Shown here piece by piece: positions 50,467-58,798 of a stretch of 58,798 bases of DNA. The stretch is from NCBI RefSeq assembly GCF_001194135.2, contig NC_068995.1, forward strand, positions 17,686,328-17,745,125, in the 5' to 3' direction. The notes beneath the pieces are model-generated. The model saw only the letters and a list, made by a program, of their open reading frames with translations. It ran no database searches and was not told the DNA's origin. Positions within the stretch are counted from its first letter, which is position 1. Each line of letters begins with the position of its first letter. The DNA comes from Octopus bimaculoides (Eukaryota). The translations under genes were made by a program, and so were the position numbers.

Positions 50467-51083
50467 ACACATATACATAAATGCATACACATATATGTAT
50501 GTATATATGCAGTAGCAGACGAATCAACCAGTAAGATTTTCGACAGATGTTTTCCGGATTTCTGGATAATTCTGCTTTTCTGGAGAAACTAAATATATTC
50601 TTAAACTATAAAATAAACTACGAAAATGAATTTCTGCATTGTTTTAAACCGATGCAGATTGATACACCTGTAAAACAGTGTGCGCTTGATATTCATTAAT
50701 GCATTTAAGTTTCTTAAAACAATACACAATATAATGTATATATTATAATGTGTACAGAATGAAGATGTAACGAAAAAAGTATCAGATACAAATACAAATT
50801 AATACACCTCTAATGTGGTGCTTGTTTAATGTTTATCAGTCAACTATAGATGTAATGAGCAAGATTATTTTTAACACACCTAATCCATTTAAGCAACTTG
50901 AAAATCATGGTCTGAGTACTTAATACGTGGCACCGTTTCCCACGATCTTCTGGATCATAAGTATTTGTAGCCATTGTACGATGTAGGTTCCGGTACTGTA
51001 TACATATATATATATTGAAGTGAGATTGGAGGAATACGTTATCCGGATACCGTATTGGTTCTCTCTCAAGTTCCAGTTAACGG

Positions 51084-51341
51084 TTAACTACTTCGGTCAG
51101 TATTTGACGTCTGTAAATAGTATCTTTTGGTAGTTACTACCTGAAATCTTCTACGGTTACTTCCCTGTACATTTCGTCGGACGCTAAATATTGTCTGTAA
51201 AAATTGTCTGTAGTATGTATAATTCACTTTGAAGATGGCAAAATGGATGGGCCCTGATGAAGCTGCACCAATAATGCAAGATTGCATCTGCCACAGTGAA
51301 TACTCAGTGCAGCGGACACACTTGTTGGTCATTAGAATATG
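51084..51341 (-). other. Candidate exon or pseudo-exon
   Basis: Acceptor ttttatagttttgtacag, then an open frame HILMTNKCVRCTEYSLWQMQSCIIGAASSGPIHFAIFK...; identity uncertain. Confidence 0.2.
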
Positions 51342-51884
51342 CTGTACAAAACTATAAAATAAATTTTGTCGATGAACGTGTCTCCATTCATTTTATTATT
51401 ATTATTATTATATGTGTCTGTGTATATGCTTGTATATGCATATATATGTGATTATATATATATATATATATATATGTACTTAATTGCGGCATAATTGTTC
51501 GAAGAAAGTGCATCAAAAATACTATTTAATCGAATGTATTGACTTTCGTTAACTGTAATGTAAGTTCTGGTACTGAAGGGTACGGTAAAGAGCTCTCAAT
51601 TTCTATTGGACAATAAATTAAACACATGATGCAGTGTTATTTTCGTGCCTAAGATCACAACATTAGCCATGATTTTGTTAGATAAGATCTCGTCACTGAA
51701 GTCTAGATCAATATAAACTCTTTAGGGATGATATAGATTATGCTGTGAAAATTGTTGAAAGTTTATATAATTTTCAGAACTTACATCGGAACAGCTTCCA
51801 TAAATTACAGTGAAATGCAGGCTTGCATATTTCATTCAGTATCATGATAGTAATGACACACGTGCGCACACGTCCACACACACA

Positions 51885-51980
<96 letters not shown>

Positions 51981-54900
51981 TAAAGAGAATGAAAGAAAGA
52001 TTAGAGAACAAAGTGAGAATTCAATCGGCTTAATTGAAGCCTGTTTTTGTATTTTTTGTTGAGCGCTAAAGTATAATCTTTTCTTTGATATTGATACTTC
52101 TAAATATTTTATGTTCAACACAAGGAATATAATAACTTCAAATACAACTCAAAATAATTATCATTAAATTTAAACCCTTGTCAAATTTATTGTACTTACT
52201 GCATACAAATTGTTTCTGTCCCTGTAATCCACCTCATCTACGACATTGTAAATATTTTATAACTGACTTAAGTACACATTTCCTTATCTTCTCAATATCT
52301 TCCAATCATTTAATAAGAAAAATTATTATTCTTATAGAGAACAAAACAACGAAATTTCCTGAAACGGATTTACAGATTACGTGTACCACACAAAAACAGG
52401 AAAATTCATGAAACGTTCCTAGCCACAGTCATATATATGCCCATTTTCAGACCATATAGTCAAAGGAAAATAATAACAAGAATCTCATAAGAAAAGCCTT
52501 GAGTGATATTTGAGCCTATAATCCGTTTTGTTGTCTATGAGAATTTATCTATTTAATATGTAAACAGGAATAAGAAAGAAAGCAAAATAATAAGAAATGA
52601 TTAGGCCGGTTGCAGAGCTTCTCGCTTCTGACTTTATACAAACTGGGCACAATTTTCCCTCTACAAGGGATATCACATATCTCACATTACACCTCTGGAT
52701 GAGTGATACATTTCTACTGAATAGGATGCTCTTCTGACGTAGGCAACATTCCAGGATTATCTTACTTCTCAGTGCACTGAGGCGATGATAGAAAATCAAT
52801 CATTTAGCGTAGGAATACATTGGTTTGTGCATTCAAATGATTTGCAATCAGGCTCTATGAACATGTAGTTTAATATATTTTCCATTTCACTCACTTACTT
52901 GGTTTATGTATTATAACCTTACGACACTTATTCACGGGCTGCGGATATGTCATAACAATTTTAAAATTTTTAACGCAACAGCAATCAAAGTTCATGTTTG
53001 AATAGATTTGTAGGACAAAGTCTAAATTTTTGAATTCCATTTTCCATTTCGCAAATCTACAAAACAACAATAAAACAGTAAAGGGTTTATTCCTTTTTCA
53101 AATGAAATGTTGATTCCTTAGCAAACTATGTGTATATCTATTAGACAACATAGCATTATTCAAAATGTCATTTTCTCTGAACCCTACAAGTTTTACGGGT
53201 AATGAAACAGTATGCAACAATTATATTCAAATGATTTATACTTATTGAAATAATTGTATTTTGTCTTAATTTATCTCATTCCATGTTATGAATATTTTCA
53301 TTATATCACTTAAGTTAGTTTTTCTATTTGCACAAAACGTAAGTTATTGGGTATAGGAAAACAAAATTTTGTTCAAGAATAATCTTCAAGTGCATACGTC
53401 GTTTAAACGAAAGAATAACGTTAAAGCTAATGAAAAACTAGATTACACGTAGATGACTAAGAGTTTTCTTTCGATATTTTTAGACAATGCTTCTTATTCC
53501 GCAAATAATTACCAATATGACAGGATACAAGGCATATTTTCAACAAGACACAAAGTTGCACGAATTGAATTCAGTAAAGTAATTCAACTGTACGCAGGTG
53601 TGAAACTGAACATGAAATGTGTTGGTATAGTGAGCATTTGAATGTATTTGCTACAATAGATGTGGTCTACATCACTATCAATTTCACTAAGACCTTTGCT
53701 ATAGTTAATAAGTGATACAGTTATTCGTAGCTGGTAAAGGGAAATCCAATGTTTGTAGAACCATAAATAAGTCTCCCTAAGGATGTGTATCTATCAATAT
53801 ATAACTCTCTATATAGCAACGTTTAACGTATATTTTGTTACGGTCGCAAAAATAAAAATATAAAAAATTTCCGTGTAAAAGATTTATGTTTCTTTTGGAT
53901 GGAATTTATATATTCTATCCTTGTTTCCGAGGTTTTAGTAAGCACACAAATAGACAGTCTAAAAATAAAATCTCAGTATAGAACAACAATAAAAGGGAAC
54001 GAAAATCTATGTCATTCTATATGGACTCACGTCAAATATAAGTATCTCGACAGACGATAGTGCTTATAACTTAAAGGCTATTGAGTTGGCACATTATATT
54101 CCCTGTCCAGTCTTTTCTACTCAATTTTACTAAAATTAGCATTTTGAATTTCATTCGAGATTTCCTCCGGAGTTGATTAGAGAAATACTGACGTAAAATA
54201 AAGGAAAATAACAGACATATTTGCGAAAAGAGTAGGAAATGTATTCTGTTAATTTTCGGATGTGGAGAATGGTGGATAAACCGATATGTAATATATTGTT
54301 AAACTAAGTATTGCATGTTTATGTTTTATTCCTGATTTAATTTAAATTAGGATGTGAACAAATGAAGTTAATTTTACGTAAATTAATATCGATGACAACA
54401 TCGTACCCGTTTATCTTCAGCGAGTGACTTGCTTAATTGTCGTCGCAATATATATTTGCAATGACTATATAGTCGGAGCTTTTCATTCGAAGAGTCGTTC
54501 TACAAAGAATACAATTCTCTATGCTAAATTTTTGCATAAAATACCATGAATAATTTATTATATCATCAGTCATATACAACGGCTTCCCAAGTGGCTGATC
54601 TAACATAACTTATACATTCTAAGCGTATCAGAATTTAAAAGAGAAAAGGAAAGAAATGTATGTAAAAAAATTAAAAAAAAAAAAGACTTGAGCTATAATC
54701 GCAACTTAATATGCATTGGAATACAAGATAAAATAGAGACACTAGACAATATGAAAGTTCATTCGTATGCGTTGATACATTTTCGAAAAATTGCAATGGA
54801 TACATGCAAAGGCACGTAAAATTGATGATAGTCAGTTGAACACACATATGACCCATAAAGTAGGTGGGTGATATATGTTAATAGAGTATTTAAAATATAG

Positions 54901-55099
54901 GTGTTGCTTGGTGTGTTAACTCAGTGTGTTGGCTGAGAGTACTTTTGTTAAGTGTGTATATATATATATCGGAAAGTAACCGGTATATGTGTATTAGTTT
55001 CTTATAAATACTTATAAATACAGATTTAAAATGTTTAGCGCATACAAAAGGAAGTAAAAGAATCAACCACACTTTAATTAAAACTGTTTTTAGGTTAGA

Positions 55100-55635
55100 T
55101 TCAGTGCACGCAGGTTAAAAGATGGTACTCTTATAGTTAGGTAATGGATATGTGACCACGATCGCTGCAGCTTTCTTTCTTGTGTTAAAGAGTAAACATA
55201 GACTCTTTGCTGGCACTGTGCACCAACAAAAGATGAGAGCAATGAACCGATTTCTCTGCTATGAAGGAGTATCATGAGCTGCAATTCATCACAGACTATC
55301 ATTACAAACACCGGGACTGTGCTCTACCACGTAGAAGTGAGTATGAGTGAGTCGAGATGTTTAAAACTGGTCGGGCAAATATGAAGTACAAAGAGGGAGC
55401 AGAGGACACCATTAACCGCCACTTGTGAGGATTCAATAGCCTCGAGAGATGATTCTGGCGAATAAACGAGTGACCATCAATGAGGCGGCATGTCTGCAAA
55501 TTAGTATTAGGTCTGCATACGAAATCATCCACGACAAGCTTCGATCCCGTAAAGCATGTGTGAGACTGGTGCAATAAGAGTTTACTGAAGCGTATGAAAG
55601 CAATCGTGTGAGGGTCTGTTGGAGGATTCACCATC
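55100..55635 (+). mobile_element. Mariner transposase N-terminal remnant
   Basis: MRAMNRFLCYEGVS*AAIHHRL, YE*VEMFKTGR and ANKRVTINEAA.LQISIRSAYEIIHDKLRSRKACVRLV match the mariner HTH and ARWVP-region pattern. Confidence 0.85.
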
Positions 55636-55647
55636 GATAAAGTAATT

Positions 55648-55685
<38 letters not shown>

Positions 55686-55759
55686 ACTGCTTCTACAGTA
55701 CTTAACTTTTGGTATATAAGGGGGTTTGAGGCCACTGCTCTCAGCTTTCCTTCTTTCTG

Positions 55760-57200
55760 TGAAATTACTTCGTTTGATATCGTAGATAGTAGATTATTTA
55801 GAGTCCTTGAGTACATCTATATCGCCGTTATGTAGACTTTACAATTTCGTTGGCAAGAAAATTGATATAATCACCTTCGTTCTTCTCGAGCAAAAGATAT
55901 GCTGAAGGCAAGGTAACAAGAATGTTTTTCTAAGAACGTGATTAAATATTTCTGATAATTGGTTCCATTACTATGAAGATATGTGACGTCACGCTACAAG
56001 CTGGTAAATTATAGCATTTACTCTGCTTCTACAACTATCAATAAAGCATATATCTCTTAACCTGGAAGCGTTGGTTGTGTATGTGATGTGCCTTATCCAA
56101 ATATTGTTAACATGCTTTTAGAAAGATTGCTGGAAGTCCATCACGATGTGTTACAGAATTTAAGCTTATTTCATTCATGGCTGATATTACAACTTCCTCC
56201 TTTATAGAAATGTAATAGATGGCTGTCACCTCTCTCTGTAGTAAACATAGCGTGTCAGAGAACACCTCTGGCTTATTTCTCCACATGTGAGTTAATGTGT
56301 AAGTTACTGTGTAGTTGAAGTCACCACTCATTCAACATTGCACTATTCATTCAGCATTTCTCTTACCATTTTTGCTTATGCCGTTAGTGAGTTGTCTTTG
56401 AAACAATGGCCCTAATTTGCAACGAATTGTGTACGATTACGCAGCAAATTGTACAAAAAATTACTTACTCTATTTGACGTTACCCATTCATTTGAGTGCT
56501 GGATTATGTTGTCTATCAAGTGCTTTTATGAGGTGGGATTGATTGTTCTCTGTTAATCGCTTGCTTATACGATTTGAATCTTTTCTTCTGCACCTCCTAA
56601 AAACTTAATTTTCTCTAGGAGTTATATATTTGTGAATATATCTCGAGCCCTAATATATTTGTGTATCTACAAAGGACATAAACCGTTCGACTTTCATGTT
56701 ATTATCCTCTACGAAATGATATTCTGGCCGGTCCTACTTAAGGATCTCTTCTGGAATTGATTTTCAGTCACTCTTGTGGAAGTTTAGGGCATTGTGATTC
56801 CTGGTTGAAGAAAATCGTTGGTGCCTTCACATTAAGTATTAGTTTCATGTTGCTAGTGAAGTAAAAAATTAGAAGACTAGAAAATACTTCAAAATCTTGA
56901 AGTATTTCGCTACGGACATGTTGGAATATAATTTATTCCTTCAACGGCATGTTAGATAGGTTGAGTAGATATTGTATTCAAGCCACCCAGTATTAAGGAA
57001 TTTAAAGTCACCCAGGAAGACTATGTTTCTATGTTAATGCAGTTTGGTTAATAGTCCTTCCAAAGTATATTAAAGCGTGACAGACAAATTAATGCTTCTT
57101 AATGTGAAATGCAACATATTTCGTTATGTAAATCGCCATATCTTTTATATTACCTATAAATTTCTGTGATTACCACGCTTATAATTATTGCTACTGGCAA
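55760..57200 (-). mobile_element. CR1/L2-group LINE ORF2 remnant (endonuclease to RT N-terminus)
   Basis: MAIYI, IVFLGDFKFLNTGW (GDFN motif), ISIKEEVVISAMNEISLNSVTHRDGLPAIFLKAC (S.GPDG.P..LK.C) and SVTSHIFIVMEPII (YRPISLTS..K.ME), in the expected order. Confidence 0.7.
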
Positions 57201-57699
57201 GGTCTCAAAGGTAGGCTATTTTATTCCTACTAGATTTCTAACAATCTAGCATTTAGCAGTATTGTCACTATGACACTAGGTAACGGTCATATTAAGATGG
57301 TCAGTTGGGGCATTCTTGCATCTAAAAGGTTTGAACTTTGTTTATGTATATTTCGTATCCAAATTAGGTGTGCAAGCACACGCGCTTACACGCGTACATA
57401 TGCATATATGAGATGACAAGAGAAGTGAAGACTTAATGGTGAGAACAGTGCTAAGAATGCACGTAACTACACACACACACACCCATATATATATATATAT
57501 ATATANNNNNNNNNNNNNNNNNNNNNNNNNNNNNNNNNNNNNNNNNNNNNNNNNNNNNNNNNNNNNNNNNNNNNNNNNNNNNNNNNNNNNNNNNNNNNNN
57601 NNNNNNNNNNNNNNNNNNNNNNNNNNNNNNNNNNNNNNNNNNNNNNNNNNNNNNNNNNNNNNNNNNNNNNNNNNNNNNNNNNNNNNNNNNNNNNNNNNN

Positions 57700-57815
57700 N
57701 NNNNNNNNNNGTGAAAGAGATAGTTAGAGGGAGAGAGAAAGACATAGAGAAAGAGTGAGAAAGAGAGAGATAGAAAGAGATTGATAGATGGATGGATAGA
57801 TAGATGGATAGATAG

Positions 57816-57884
<69 letters not shown>

Positions 57885-57900
57885 TATAGAGAAAGAGAGC
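57700..57900. repeat. (GA)n/(GATA)n purine microsatellite
   Basis: Directly visible after the N gap. Confidence 0.9.
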
Positions 57901-58085
57901 TAGACCAAATGCAGAAATTGAATTCAGGGGATTCCCTACTCAAATCCACTAGAAATATATCAGATTCCTCCTGTTCTGCACCACACAGGTTATAGGATAG
58001 GCAATATATTGTCTTGCATCACAGGTGTAAATTGTGTCTCTTCAGGTGATTCAGAAAGTGTACCACAATCTTTCTTCTCTTCATC

Positions 58086-58485
58086 TTATCCAGCTCTGTT
58101 CAGATATATTTTTAGGAAGTTATCTACAGTCATTTTAGTAAATCCGCTACATTCTAGGATTTTTGATAGTAGAGTGAGCGAAGACAAACTCCTCATCAAA
58201 AAGTAGTTCAATCAAACAGACCGATAAAAAAAGAACAAATGGAAACATAAAACATGATACGTAAAGGATATTAAAACAAAACCAAAGCAGGCATATATAG
58301 TCAATGCTATCAGACCAAACAGAATAAGCTATAAGCGAAAGTATTAAAAGTAATAAAACCCTTAGGAAGAGAAAGAAATGCAGGATGAGTCGAAAGATTT
58401 GTAGTGTATTAGAATAAATAATCACATGAATTCCATTTTCTGTATCTGGTCTCTTTATATAAACACGACGAACATTTCGGAATTC
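58086..58485 (-). pseudogene. Candidate terminal exon of a multi-pass membrane protein, possibly a GT2 (egghead-like) C-terminal region; possible frameshift at the T5 run
   Basis: Acceptor tttttctgagtttacttcag, then about 112 open codons with 2-3 hydrophobic helices (EFRNVRRVY...GIHVIIYS...DYICLLWFCFNILY...). A -1 shift at 58198-58202 continues as LMRSLSSLTLLSKILECSGF...RAG*. Confidence 0.3.
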
Positions 58486-58798
58486 CTGAAGTAAACTCAG
58501 AAAAATATGCATCGAGTAGCCAATGACAGTGGATGTGCATACTACAGCATAGTACAAGGTTTATACCCGTATATTTATATCGATATCTATCTATCTATCT
58601 GCCTGCCTGTATGTCTGTCTGTATGTCTGTCTGTCTGTCTGTATGCTTGTCTGTTACTCTTTATCACTCTCTCTCTCTCTCTCCCTCAGTATATATGAAT
58701 ATATACAGAGAGGGATGGTGAGCGAGATAGATGTATACATAAACAAATAAAGGAATAAAAGAATCTATCTATATGTATATATATATATATATATATAT

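Noticed and set aside
51254-51290. Hammerhead at ctgatgaagctgca...tgca
   Set aside because: No GAAA after the putative stem II and no stem I or III.
52597-52737. Cys-loop or chemotactile-receptor-like exon (IRPV...LTLHLWM) on the plus strand
   Set aside because: Spacing is shorter than in nicotinic-type ligand-binding domains, the W.D..L.W motif is absent and there is no splice support.
465-57949. Dozens of long ORFs in the supplied track (poly-IY, HT, CV, X runs)
   Set aside because: They are translations of microsatellites and N gaps, which contain no stop codons.
1-58798. Fanzor/TnpB, protocadherin or C2H2 zinc-finger genes
   Set aside because: No RuvC, cadherin-repeat or C2H2/TGEKP motifs were seen in the frames I translated by eye; not every frame was checked exhaustively.

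Overview
AT-rich eukaryotic genomic DNA from a short-read assembly, with about 20 N-gaps, nearly all abutting microsatellites. The SINE families and microsatellite load point to a cephalopod, most likely Octopus; this is inferred from recognition of the repeats, not from a database search. I found no intact protein-coding gene, true tRNA/rRNA gene or CRISPR array. The window is dominated by decayed transposons. These include tRNA-headed SINEs, two mariner remnants, a Tc1 remnant, Tc1/mariner deletion derivatives and a MITE, a hAT derivative and a Merlin (ISXO2-type) transposase. Retroelement remains include a Penelope-like RT, CR1/L2-type LINE pieces, an L1/Tx1-type ORF1 and two tandem R4/Dong-type (RLE) LINE pieces. 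The most notable structures are minimal hammerhead-ribozyme-like motifs near the Penelope remnant (one has a variant CUGUUGA core and a palindromic stem III), several long fold-back elements including a ~365-bp near-perfect palindrome, and a (TAG)n-tailed R4/Dong element. A few low-confidence transmembrane-rich frames on the minus strand (GT2/egghead-like at 58.1-58.5 kb; SLC22/MFS-like at 0-0.4 and 51.1-51.3 kb) need homology searches. All translations and alignments were done by eye.
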